DNA of 63,974 nt, the filler included, from Octopus bimaculoides (taxonomy: Eukaryota): NCBI RefSeq assembly GCF_001194135.2. It is 4 parts of 4 records of this genome, joined end to end, with 100 filler letters (N's around TTAATTAATTAA, not from the genome) between each part and the next. Parts side by side here need not be neighbours in the genome. Positions count along the whole stretch, not along the records: positions 26,313 to 40,372 come from NC_068986.1; positions 40,473 to 51,990 come from NC_068990.1; 2 more parts are not named here. The stretch is one strand, 5' to 3'. A model generated the notes under the pieces. It was not told the origin of the DNA, did no database searches, and saw only the letters and a program-made list of their open reading frames with translations. Below, piece after piece: positions 34,742-47,380 of this stretch; within the stretch, counting starts at the first letter, position 1; each line of letters opens with the position of its first letter. The translations under genes and the position numbers were made by a program.

Positions 34742-37700
34742 ATACAAGTTAGTAGAATTTTAGTAGGAATTCTATACTACAATAATGACAGAATAAGCTT
34801 TATGAATTCAACAGAAGACAGAATTGCTAAAGAATGAGGGTCTTAGAGATTTGCGTGAAGCATGAAGATGACAGTGTAAAGTATTTCAAGTGAAGATAAA
34901 ATATCGCTGGCTTGTATCTAGATCCATATATGGATTGTATTGGATTTATAAAGATAGGTGGATCAGCATCTGTTGAATTGCAAGCAGGAGTAAAGAATTT
35001 TTTACCTTGATCATTGCAAAGGCACGGGAATGTAAAACAATGCTGTTCTGCAATACTTTCGGAAGAATCCGAAATTGTGTTGGAATCAAAGAAAATAACA
35101 TCGAAGTCAATATTCTGACATGCAGATTTTCAAATGCATAATATATATATACAAGAATATATTTANNNNNNNNNNNNNNNNNNNNNNNNNNNNNNNNNNN
35201 NNNNNNNNNNNNNNNNNNNNNNNNNNNNNNNNNNNNNNNNNNNNNNNNNNNNNNNNNNNNNNNNNNNNNNNNNNNNNNNNNNNNNNNNNNNNNNNNNNNN
35301 NNNNNNNNNNNNNNNNNNNNNNNNNNNNNNNNNNNNNNNNNNNNNNNNNNNNNNNNNNNNNNNNNNNNNNNNNNNNNNNNNNNNNNNNNNNNNNNNNNNN
35401 NNNNNNNNNNNNNNNNNNNNNNNNNNNNNNNNNNNNNNNNNNNNNNNNNNNNNNNNNNNNNNNNNNNNNNNNNNNNNNNNNNNNNNNNNNNNNNNNNNNN
35501 NNNNNNNNNNNNNNNNNNNNNNNNNNNNNNNNNNNNNNNNNNNNNNNNNNNNNNNNNNNNNNNNNNNNNNNNNNNNNNNNNNNNNNNNNNNNNNNNNNNN
35601 NNNNNNNNNNNNNNNNNNNNNNNNNNNNNNNNNNNNNNNNNNNNNNNNNNNNNNNNNNNNNNNNNNNNNNNNNNNNNNNNNNNNNNNNNNNNNNNNNNNN
35701 NNNNNNNNNNNNNNNNNNNNNNNNNNNNNNNNNNNNNNNNNNNNNNNNNNNNNNNNNNNNNNNNNNNNNNNNNNNNNNNNNNNNNNNNNNNNNNNNNNNN
35801 NNNNNNNNNNNNNNNNNNNNNNNNNNNNNNNNNNNNNNNNNNNNNNNNNNNNNNNNNNNNNNNNNNNNNNNNNNNNNNNNNNNNNNNNNNNNNTATATAT
35901 AAAACATATATATATATATATTACATAGCTTAATTCACATAGTATAATTCGCTAATTCCTTTACAACGGTAGTGTAACCTATTTTCATGCGATATCATCA
36001 ATAAACGTGTTCGTTTTATGTAAGTATACCTCATTAGCAACTCAAATTTCACACCATATATCTGATGTGTTGTTTCTTAATATATAGAATCTGAAACACA
36101 TTGATTGTTTGTACATTACAGGAGGAGCATATCTGCTAAGTTATAATACAATTTATTATATCACGTGTTTAATTTGTGAATAACATAAGCTACATTCACG
36201 CAGAAATCAAACAGGATTTAGAAAATAAACTATATTTTAGTAAATATATATATATGTTTGATGATTTCTTTTTTTTTTTTTTTTTGGACTTGACCAAGAT
36301 CTATGTATAGGCGCAGTGTTACTCAACATCACAAGGTTAATGCATTTAGTAATAAGCCTGGAAATATCGGAAAGCGTTAATGTCTCTGATAGGATGGTAG
36401 TCATAATGTAAACATGATGTAATTAAAGTTCTTTTAAAAGTTACTCTGGTGGTCTATATTTCCTGCTAAACTCACAACATCTTAATATGTTATTATATTC
36501 GTATTGCATTGATGTTTTACAAAAGAAATAATTTTAGAATGCTTAAGAATGGAACATTTTAAATGTGTCACGTTTAATACTTTCACATGAACAGCGGGTA
36601 TGAAGCAAAGATACGTTTTTATCGTGATTGGTAAAAAGAAAAAGTGTCGCATTTTTCTATAAATTATGTTCGCTTCTTTACGACGCGCAAAATCATATAT
36701 TCCTACTACGTTAACGAAACATCTTTCACTCTTCTGCTTTCCTCATGAACATTTATTCTGTCTGTTCAAGTGAGAGATACGAGAACCAATACCAGTTATA
36801 AGTCTTTAGGTCTACTCTGATCAAAATGCTTTATAAACTAAGAACTTCTAACCAAGATCATCCAGTTGCTTTTAGATGCAATATATCTTGGACTGCATTT
36901 CGCTATGTGACCTGTCTAGTTTAAGACGTTAATGTCAGATTTGGCAGTTGCTTTTAACTCGTCGAACCACATTTCGATATTAGTATAATGTTAGGGATTA
37001 TAGATTCACATTTCTTTCCCGTCAGTGAAATGTAAATTGGTTTCAAAATTTTGGTACAACACTAGCAATTTCGGGGACAGTGAGTCAATTACATCGACAC
37101 CATTGCTCAGTTGGTACTTATTTTAATGACCCTGAAAGGATGAATGGCAAAGTCGACCCCGGCGGCAGTTGAAAGCAGAACGTAAAGACGTCTGTTCGCC
37201 ATCTTAAAGTGAGATATATATTAATAATTGGATAGAAAAATCCAAGTGGTAGGATTCATTAACAAACGATCATTTAGCAGTAAATATATTTCTAGGGACG
37301 TGGTAAGAACTGTGGACATGTTCGTCAGCACTGCCAATATGCTGTTGTAAAGGCAACTGCATCTCTTACAGATAATACAAAATCAAACCAAAAGACTATA
37401 AAAGAAGCTAGAATTAATTCCTAATCATGAGTAGAGCTGTCCAGAAAATTGATTGACATGTCTATGGGTAGCCAAGCAGCTAATAACTGATCAATAATTT
37501 AATAAACTGATGGATACATGGAATAAAATCAGCTTCAATTACATCCATATCACATCCAATATCAATATTTGATGTCAGTAAATTAATTCACTCTTCTTTC
37601 CTTTCATTCCTTTATTAAATTGTTTTTATTTCTTTCTTCTCTTACAGATTTCGATTTTAATGATCGCTTCGACGAATAAACGAAACACACACTTCATCTA

Positions 37701-40240
37701 GTTGTTTGCTACTTTCTGAAGATTTTTCGTACTAATCGTTGCTAATTCAAGGATTTGAACGTATTTTCCTACAGTTTCAAAAGCATCTCATAGTATCAGC
37801 TGTAAAGGATAATTAAGAAAGCTATTTTGTGTGCAAGACAATATATGTAAGGAAAACGATATATGTAAGGAAGAATATATGAAGTATAAAGCTTCATTCT
37901 GCTGACATTTCCAGTCATAAGCGATATTATTACACACGAGAAACATTTCCTTAAGGACATCAAGACGTTAATTTCGCTTCATTTGAATAAAAAGCAAAAC
38001 AGATACTAAACCAGTTCCCACAATGGCGATATATTTGACAGCATGTGTAACATATATACTTTTATTTCTTGAAGGTAAGACAAGTCTTAATAAATATCTC
38101 AAAATAGAATCTTTCTATCTATAAAGTTACGTGTTGTCAATTATGATCTGCACACTAATACAAATTTTTATATTTTATGTAACGTCCATATTTGTGAAAT
38201 ACTGTATTACTGCACAACTGAATTCCTATATAACAAAATTCATTTACACTTTCATTCCTATATCCAGATTTCCAAGAGCGAGAATACTCAACATATATAT
38301 ATGCATGTATGTACGCATGCATACATAAATGTATGAAAGTATGTANNNNNNNNNNNNNNNNNNNNNNNNNNNNNNNNNNNNNNNNNNNNNNNNNNNNNNN
38401 NNNNNNNNNNNNNNNNNNNNNNNNNNNNNNNNNNNNNNNNNNNNNGTGTGTGTGTGTGTGTGGTCGCACGCGTCTGTGTACGTGCGTGCATAAATATATG
38501 TATATGTATGTATATCTTATTTAAACCAGTATCGTTTATCATATGAGTTTCATTTATTGAAGTAGTTATCATTTTTGTACAACGTTATTGTACAATGTAT
38601 TAATACATTAGCATATCTTCAATTGGCAATGTATGGATTTTTAGTCTGCGAGAATGTTTTGTAAACAAGTTCATGTGTTATGTGTACCACCTTTCATGAG
38701 AATGTGTCATCCAACGTGTCATCTTAAGGTATATTTTCTTTTTTCAATAAGTAATTATGTTTAAATTATTCGGCAGTTTTTACATAAAAGTGATATGATT
38801 GAATGTATTACTTCCTGAATAAATTACACACACAAATACACACACACACGGATATATATATAAACGTTACAAACCTCATCCAGGAATAGCAAAATCCTAT
38901 CAAAGTACTGGTTAGTTACCTATACAAAGACTCTTTTATTCTTTGACTTGTTTCAGTCATTTGACTGCGGCCATGCTGGAGCACTGCCTTTTGTCGAGCA
39001 AATCGACCCCAGGATTTATTCTTTGTAAACCTATTACTTATTCTNNNNNNNNNNNNNNNNNNNNNNNNNNNNNNNNNNNNNNNNNNNNNNNNNNNNNNNN
39101 NNNNNNNNNNNNNNNNNNNNNNNNNNNNNNNNNNNNNNNNNNNNNNNNNNNNNNNNNNNNNNNNNNNNNNNNNNNNNNNNNNNNNNNNNNNNNNNNNNNN
39201 NNNNNNNNNNNNNNNNNNNNNNNNNNNNNNNNNNNNNNNNNNNNNNNNNNNNNNNNNNNNNNNNNNNNNNNNNNNNNNNNNNNNNNNNNNNNNNNNNNNN
39301 NNNNNNNNNNNNNNNNNNNNNNNNNNNNNNNNNNNNNNNNNNNNNNNNNNNNNNNNNNNNNNNNNNNNNNNNNNNNNNNNNNNNNNNNNNNNNNNNNNNN
39401 NNNNNNNNNNNNNNNNNNNNNNNNNNNNNNNNNNNNNNNNNNNNNNNNNNNNNNNNNNNNNNNNNNNNNNNNNNNNNNNNNNNNNNNNNNNNNNNNNNNN
39501 NNNNNNNNNNNNNNNNNNNNNNNNNNNNNNNNNNNNNNNNNNNNNNNNNNNNNNNNNNNNNNNNNNNNNNNNNNNNNNNTATTTATTATAATGAGATGAG
39601 AAAATACAGAGGTAATTAATAAATTATTATTTATTAATTCAAAATTTACAAAAATCCCTTACAGCTGTTTCAATTCCAGATCTTCAGAAAATGAATTAAT
39701 CAAATAAAAAATTATTTAACAGTCAAATCTCTTCAGAGGTAGTTGAAGATATACAAAATAAGTGTTTAATTCTGGTATGTTGAGTAAACGGCTGCAAACC
39801 GTTAACTAATAAAATTTATTCATGATGAACATAGTATTAAAATGGTAGAGACCTTAGAAGGGGAGTAAGGTTGTAAAGTAAGAATATAACAATATATTCA
39901 TCTAGGGTGTTAATTATAAGAAAATTCAAGTGGATATAACTGGTTAAAATGTCATATTGTGTTATTATGGCTCTCCTTATTAAATCAATTGACAATTAGT
40001 ATGTAGAGTTTACATTCATCGGCCTCATTTTGTACATGTCTCTAATGTAGATTGTTCCAAGTTCTTCATATGCTCTTCTCCTCTAAATTAAATTAATTGT
40101 ACTATATGAACGACATCTGTAGTTTTTTTCTAACTCACTCTAAATCACACTTATTTAGTTCTACTCGGTTTCGCTGTGGTATGTCCCTAACTTGGATTAT
40201 TCTTAGTTATTCTTTAGCCATTCACCTCTATATGAATACC

Positions 40241-40308
<68 letters not shown>

Positions 40309-40372
40309 CTTCGTAGCACAGTGTAGGTAAAAATGCACCGGAGACTTTAGTCATCTGTCATGTCACAGCAAG

Positions 40373-40472
40373 NNNNNNNNNNNNNNNNNNNNNNNNNNNN
40401 NNNNNNNNNNNNNNNNTTAATTAATTAANNNNNNNNNNNNNNNNNNNNNNNNNNNNNNNNNNNNNNNNNNNN
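40373..40472. other. Artificial scaffold-joining spacer
   Basis: Same 44 N + TTAATTAATTAA + 44 N structure. Confidence 0.95.
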
Positions 40473-41163
40473 AAAATCAAGTAATGTTCCACTTTTGTTT
40501 GTTAATAAATTTTTATGTAGTTTGAATAATGTCAGTGATAGATGTGTGATATTTTTTGTATTTACTAAGTATATAGTACTACGACAAAATAAAGCAAAAG
40601 TGAATATGATGGTAGGTGTGCCTAGATGAAAGGCTTCTTTCAGTTTCCATCTACTAAATCTATTGACAAGGCTTTGGTCAATCCAAGGTTATAATAGAAG
40701 ACACTTGCCCAAAGTTCCACACCTTGGGACTGAACCCGGAACCATGTGGTTGGGAAGCAAACTTCTTACCACACACCCATGCCTGTACTTGATTTATTTA
40801 TTTCAATGATAATGTTTTTGTTTCTTCTCTCTTTTCTTAGTACAGGCATCCCACATTATGGAAGCAGTATTCATTTGAACAATCTTGCTGTAACTTAGAA
40901 TGCCACAGAATTCCTTAATTTGGCAAGATTTTCAGAAATGAAACATTTCTGTAATAGGGGTTGTACTTGCTGTTTGTGCTATGCTGAATGTTGTTGCTTA
41001 GAAATTTACTCAAGGAAGATCAAATATTATACAACATGAAATTTCATAAAGTTTTTACTCAAAATTATTTGCATATAATATAAATATATGAATTTTTTTC
41101 TTCCATAATATTGTATTGCATCACTTTTCTATTAATATTTATTTAATCATTTGTTGATATCAG

Positions 41164-41287
41164 ATTGTGATACCAAGTACTGCTTGTGAAAATGGAAACA
41201 TGTCTAAACTTTTCCAAGTCATATCTAATAATCTCTCAAACTGTTGTATGTCAACAGTTCAAAGGAAATATTTCAATGAATCCAAAG
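41164..41287 (+). CDS. MSH4: MSH4 exon (upstream exons not found in the window)
   Basis: gatatcag|ATT GTG ATA...TCC AAA G|gtaaat; IVIPSTACENGNMSKLFQVI...STVQRKYFNESKG resembles MSH4 IIMSNTAC...TIQRKYFNETKG. Confidence 0.92.
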
Positions 41288-43206
41288 GTAAATGTTTATA
41301 AAATATCCTCAGAAAATTTTGTTTCTGATAGCAAAATGAAAGTTTAACAATTCTCTCATAATTGCTCCAGTAAACTATTTTGAGCAAAGAAACTCTTCTC
41401 TCATGTATGTGTGTGTGTGTGTGTCCAGCAAAGAACCTCTTCTCTCACGTGTGTGTGTGTGTGTGTGNNNNNNNNNNACGGCAGACGAAATACCGGTAAC
41501 GTTTCTGCCAGTTCACCGCCCTGTGTGTGTCCAGCCTACCATCTTATTTCTTTATTGCCCACAAGGGGCTAAACATAGAGAGGACAAACAAGGACAAAGG
41601 GGTTAAGTTGATTAGATCGATTCCAGTGTGTAACTGGTACTTTATTTATCGACCCCGAAAGGATGAAAGGCAAAGTCGACCTCGGTGGAATTTGAACTCA
41701 GAACGTAACGGCAGACGAAATACCGGTAACGTTTCTGCCAGTTCACCGCCCTGTGTGTGTCCAGCCTACCATCTACCCATCCAGTTCTACATCTTTCATA
41801 ATTGCTCTAGTAAACTATTTTGAGCAAAGAACCTCTTCTGTCACGTGTGTGTGTGTGTCTCCAGCCTACCATCTACCCATCCAGTTCCACATCTATTCCC
41901 CTGTTCATCCATCCACCCACCCATCCATCTAACCGGCCAGCCAGCCAACCAACCAACTCAGTCTAGACCTGGTAGTTTGACAAACGTCAAGTAATTGAGT
42001 CAGTTACTTGAATTAATTTCGTGACCTGAGTGATTCATTAGTGAGTGTTAAGTCCTGTTGGCTTCGATATAGGTGAGTGCAAAGGGTGAGGGAACTACCC
42101 AACTTTTACTAAAGCATAAAAAAGTCTATAAAACAGCTTGTTTTCTAGGGACACCTACAGAAAAAATTAAACTTATTGCTGCAAACTAACAAAACACTTG
42201 TCAATTTTTAAAGTGTTGCTGCTGATTGTAGATAACTTGAATATACTTTGGCCAAAAACTGGCCCAGGCCCTGTCTAACTTAGCAAAATATTGTTTCTAC
42301 TCAGCAGAGTCTATTTACAAGTAAGTGGACTTAAGTGTTTGAAGGTTAAGTGTATGAGCTACTGATAACTCCTTAACTGGTTCTATGCTACCCTATTGAT
42401 TCAGTGATCCAAAAGAGTTGATTTTGTTTTGAGGAATCAGCTTGATTCATTAAGTTCCCTGATCTCTTAAGTATTTTGTAGTAATCTATAATCAATTAAA
42501 CAAGGTATTTAATGAAGAAATCTTGTCATGCAGCAACCTGCTCTTGCTGTTATGCAGTAGTTATTTGAAGTTGTTGATTTAGATACATATTGGCTTCAAG
42601 TTTTGGCACAAGGCCAGCAAGTTGTTAAAAAAAAAGATTCTGTTTTTGAAGGTATGTGGCTTAGTGGTTAGGGTATTCAGTGCATGATCATAAGGTTGTA
42701 AGTTCGATTCCTGGTGGTGCGTTGTATCCTTGAACAAGACACTTTATTTCACATTGCTCCAGTCCACTGAGTTGGCAAAAATGAGTTGGACCTGTTATTC
42801 AAATGGCCAGCCTTGTTACATTCTGTGTCACGCTGAATCAACCTGAGAACTACACTAAGGGTATGCATGTCTGTGGAGTGCTCAGCCACTTGCACATTAA
42901 TTACATAAACTGGCTGTTCCATTGATTGCCTCAACTGGAATCCTTGTCATCGTAACTGATGGAGCACCAGTCAGTTTTATGAAACTGGTCAAAATGTCAA
43001 ATTTATTAAAAGATAAACCAGTAAGTTGATAATTATTTTTTAAGTATTTACTTTCCTCTACCATATCCAAAGTTTTTATAAGCCTTATATTCATATTCTG
43101 TTGATATGTAGGTGCTACAATAAGAAATACCCTTTTAAGTAATGATCCTATAACAATATTATTTCACTTGGAAAAACATTTATTTAACAAAATATGTTTT
43201 CTTCAG

Positions 43207-43273
43207 GGCTCCAGTTTATCAGGCAGCTCTGTTTACCAGACTACAATTCAGTGGAGATGGAAGTGGCTTCAAA
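43207..43273 (+). CDS. MSH4: MSH4 exon
   Basis: ttttcttcag|GG CTC CAG...TCA AA|gtaaga; GLQFIRQLCLPDYNSVEMEVASK; phase 1 to phase 2. Confidence 0.92.
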
Positions 43274-43374
43274 GTAAGACAATATTTCATAAATTATCTG
43301 AATATAACTAATTATTAGAGAATCAATTATTCTTTTCTTTTATTAGTTGTTGGGAAATGTTTTGTTTTGATTTC

Positions 43375-43407
<33 letters not shown>

Positions 43408-43419
43408 GTTTGGCTGTGT

Positions 43420-43680
43420 GGTTATAAGGGTAGATGGACAGCGCAAAGCTGTGACATGAGGAGATATTGATAAATCAGGTATAGCTGGTCATCTATGGAA
43501 AAATGGAGACCACCTCCCCCTGTGGGATGAAGTTAAAATAATAGACAAAGACCACTGAAAAATACGAAAACTAAAAGAAGCAGCATATATGCTAGGACAC
43601 AACAACCTCCTAAACAGATATGAATAGCATATGGGAACTGGTATTAAGGAAGGATAGGAAAATATTAGATTTATAAGCCC
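43420..43680 (+). mobile_element. Penelope-like GIY-YIG endonuclease C-terminal fragment
   Basis: Reads ..RKAVT.GDIDKSGIAGHLWKNGDHLPLWDEVKIIDKDH*KIRKLKEAAYMLGHNNLLNR, matching the S.IA.H....H...W...I......RK.KEA pattern. Confidence 0.7.
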
Positions 43681-43860
43681 TAAAAGTCACTCCATAGGAG
43701 CATGGGCTACTAACCCCAAGATTCCGAGTTCGATTCCAGGCANNNNNNNNNNTGGTATTAAGGAAGGATAGGAAAATATTAGATTTATAAGCCCTAAAAG
43801 TCACTCCATAGGAGCATGGGCTACTAACCCCAAGATTCCGAGTTCGATTCCAGGCAGTGA

Positions 43861-43932
<72 letters not shown>

Positions 43933-44610
43933 CTGAAAAGAATAAAAGAATATATATATATATATATATATTTGTGTGTGTGTGTGTGTGTGCATTTGTG
44001 TTTGTGTAAGTCCCTGCCCCAGTGCTTGACAACTAGTATTGGTTATTTACATCCCCTGAGCTTATCAGATTCAGCACAAAAGAATAAGTACTTGACTTAA
44101 AAGAAATGAGTCGGGGTTGATTTTTTTTTTCTGCTAAACCCTTCAAGGTGGAGTCCCAGTGTAGCTACATTCCAATGACTGAAACAAGCAAAAGATAAAA
44201 GACATTTCTCTTTTTTTTTTTTACTAACTGACATGGATAATTCAAATCCTGTATCTTGGCAGAGGAACTCTCCCTTCTACATAAAGATGCCACCCAACAT
44301 TGTCTCCATCAAATGTGCTGCATTTATGCCCTTCCTGAACCCGATTCTCAAATTCCCTTTGAAAACATTCAGACATGCACTGTTGCACCCACCCTTTCAC
44401 AGTTACATTCATCTTATCTATATCATCAACTCCTTGTCTGTTATGTGTTATCCTTGTTTCTCACCTAGATGTTCTCAAGGTAAATGTTAATCCTTTTCCT
44501 ATACAGTGTTCTTTGAAGTAAATTTTATCTTATTGCAAATGTTAATTTTGTTTTGGTTAATTTTCTGTTGCCTTATCATAAAAGTCTCAATGATCTTTCT
44601 CATTCATTAG

Positions 44611-44732
44611 GTACTACTGCTTAGCCACTGCTTCTGCTTTGCTTAAGTATGTTGAATTCATCCAGAATATTGTTTATGCACCTTCTACTCTGAAAATTAT
44701 TTTTAGAGGCTGTGAAAATACAACAATGATTG
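44611..44732 (+). CDS. MSH4: MSH4 exon
   Basis: cattcattag|G TAC TAC TGC...ATG ATT G|gttagt; [40 protein letters not shown]. Confidence 0.95.
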
Positions 44733-45064
44733 GTTAGTGGCTTGATTTCCTAAGAACTTTTTCAATTAAAAAAACTTAATTATTTATTTGGTTTTCTAAG
44801 CTCTCTTCACTGCCTTCCTGCTTTCACAAATTTCTTTATTTTCTGTAGAATACCTATGCATGCAGTGCTTATATATGTATATGTGTGTGAGTGTATCATC
44901 ATCATCGTTTAACGTCCGCTTTCCATGCTAGCAAGGGTTGGATGATTTGACTGAGGACTGGCAAGCCAGAAGGCTGCACCAGGCTCCAATCTGATCTAGC
45001 AGAGTTTCTACAGCTGGATGCCCTTCCTAGCGCCAACCACTCCGGGAGTGTAGTGGGTGCTTTT

Positions 45065-45305
45065 ATGTGCCGCCGGCACGAGGGCCAGTCACACAGAACT
45101 GGCAACGGCCACGCTCAAAAGGTGTTTTTTACGTGCCACCTGCACGGGAGCCAGTCCAGCGGCACTGGCAATGACCTCGCTCAAATGATTTTCTAACGTG
45201 CCACCAGCACAAGTGCTAGAAGGCAATGCTGGTGACAATTACGCTCTAATGGTGCTATTTACGGGCCACTCACATGGAAGCCAGACAGCTGCTCTGGCAA
45301 TGAAC
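45065..45305. repeat. Four ~65-bp tandem units at the 5' end of a family-C SINE
   Basis: Unit starts at 45065, 45131, 45196 and 45261; consensus acgtgccacc.gcac....gccagt........actggcaa.gacc.cgctc.aatggtg.tttt. Confidence 0.85.
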
Positions 45306-45809
45306 ATGCGTATGTGCATGTGATATTTTTAGATGGAATAATTAAAGGTTAATTTTTTATGTATAAGCTTTAATTGAAAATTTAGCTGTTGATATTTCCT
45401 TTTCCTGTTCAACAGATGAAAATTGTCTAGCAACAGCAGCTGGTGAGAATGTTTGATGAGCATTTCTGCCCTGCTGCACATTGTCAATAGCATATACTTA
45501 AAGCTATGATGAAATCTGTTATTGCTGATGTAGGAAAACTTTGTTTTCCTAGATATTATCTCTGGATAAATGCCATAGTAAACTTGCGTTTTTGCAATGT
45601 ATTTACATTAAATATGATATGCAGAGAGCTATTTTTATCTAATTCTGTTTCTGTTGCATGTAATCAGATATTTCAAAATATATTCTATTTTCCTTCTAGT
45701 TGGTTACATGTAGGAATGTACCAAATTCATATTCTATTTATTATTTATTATGAAATTTACAGAATATAAAAAATTTTATAATTACACCCTTATATCCCTT
45801 GTATTACAG

Positions 45810-45953
45810 ATGTTACTACAGCAAAGAACTTAGAGCTTGTTCAAAATTTAAGGGATCCTAAAAGCAGTCACTCATTATTTGGTATACTCAACTATTGCAA
45901 AACTGCTGGTGGAGTCCGATTGCTTCGAGCTAATATTCTTCAACCACCTTCAG
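45810..45953 (+). CDS. MSH4: MSH4 exon
   Basis: gtattacag|AT GTT ACT...CCT TCA G|gtttat; DVTTAKNLELVQNLRDPKSSHSLFGILNYCKTAGGVRLLRANILQPPS. Confidence 0.95.
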
Positions 45954-46138
45954 GTTTATAAATGATATTTTTCTATATGTACATTTGAAGATAGTTTGTT
46001 GAATTAGGTTATTGCTTTGTTAAGCATTTTGTCCAACATCCTAATGATTCTACCAGTTCACTACCTTAATTTGAAGATAAAATAGCATATGGTTCATATT
46101 ATCTAGTTTCTTATTCGTGTACTCATTTTTATTTACAG

Positions 46139-46410
46139 ATATAGAAACTATTACTTTACGTCAAGATGTGGTTTCAGAACTAACTGACAACGAGGACCTC
46201 TTTTTTAATTTGCAATCTATATTGAAAAGGTTCTTGGATGTTGATCATCTGCTGTCTTTGTGTGTACAAATGCCAAAACAAGAGACCATAAGAACAGCAG
46301 AAAGTAAGATTACAAACATCATTTATCTAAAGCATATCTTAGAAATGCTACCAGCGTTACAAGATGCCCTGAAGAAATCAGATAATACTTTACTGGTTGC
46401 ATATTCAAAG
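46139..46410 (+). CDS. MSH4: MSH4 exon
   Basis: tttatttacag|AT ATA GAA...TCA AAG|gtgaga; DIETITLRQDVVSELTDNEDLFFNLQSILKRFLDVDHLLSLCVQMPKQETIRTAESKITNIIYLKHILE..., a close match to MSH4. Confidence 0.97.
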
Positions 46411-47332
46411 GTGAGAAATGTTTTCTCTATTGGTTAACAACTTTGAGGGGAGGGGGATATTGAATACATCAACTCCAGTGCTTGACTGGTCCTTATTTCA
46501 TTGACCCTCAGGGGATGAAATGCAAAGTCAATTTTGACAAAATTTGAACTTTGAATGTAAAGAGCTAAAAGAAATACTGCCAAGTATTTTGTCTGACATG
46601 CTAATGATTCTACCAGCTCTGTTAATTAAGCATCTATACTCTAATGGAGAGAGCTGCTTATTAATTAGGTATGTAACAATTACTAAAAGTACTAAAAGAA
46701 AGCAATTATTGAAGGGTTGACCGTCTGGAAATATTTTTATAAATTCATGTTCTCAGAAGTTTCCTATAATTTCAATTCCTCAAGTTTATTGAATTTTTTA
46801 ACTCCAATTTCTCACAAATTTAAATATTCATTGCATGTAAAAACATTATTTATTGAATGAAAATTTTTTTAAATACCTGTATAATTTTTGTAAACATAAT
46901 TTTAAAGTGATTTCATTGTTATGGCTGTTTGGAACACTATGAGCCTTACAATAATAACTATTTGGACCAATTTGGGCCATTTTCTTTTTAACTTAAAAAC
47001 CATGGTAGGAGCCTTTTTGGTTAAAAAAAACAAAACTAATTGTAAACATTTTCAGAGGAAAAGGTGAACAATTCAAGAAAGGTTTCGCTGTCGTTTCTAG
47101 CACAACCCAAATCACCCTCTCTTTTTACTTTCACATGTATTGATTTTTTTCAATAATTTTCTCCCATTAAACACATTTTATGGAATGATGATGTTGAAGT
47201 AACATGTGTGTGGTCCATTGATGGATGGTAGGCAACAAAATAAATTGTAATCTAAATTTTTACTCCCACCTCAATCAAGCAAAGCCATGTGTGTGTGTGT
47301 GTGCGTGTGTGTGTGTGTGTGTNNNNNNNNNN

Positions 47333-47380
<48 letters not shown>

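Noticed and set aside
39580-40200. Possible further Penelope-like relic (also 1-135) and a CR1 RT scrap near 31230-31280
   Set aside because: Only short tail or motif resemblances; too degenerate to annotate confidently.
40841-41040. Strong acceptor at 40840 as a possible upstream MSH4 exon
   Set aside because: All three frames stop quickly and none resembles the expected MSH4 segment (VITKLKILSPLE).
41400-41850. Tandem duplication around the 10-N gap at 41468-41477
   Set aside because: Near-identical sequence on both sides of a 10-N gap is typical of overlapping contig ends. The same pattern occurs at 9563-9661 and 43637-43853.
45065-45305. CRISPR-like look (regular repeats with variable inserts)
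   Set aside because: Eukaryotic intron with no cas genes; the variable parts are only 7-8 nt loops and the units belong to a SINE family.
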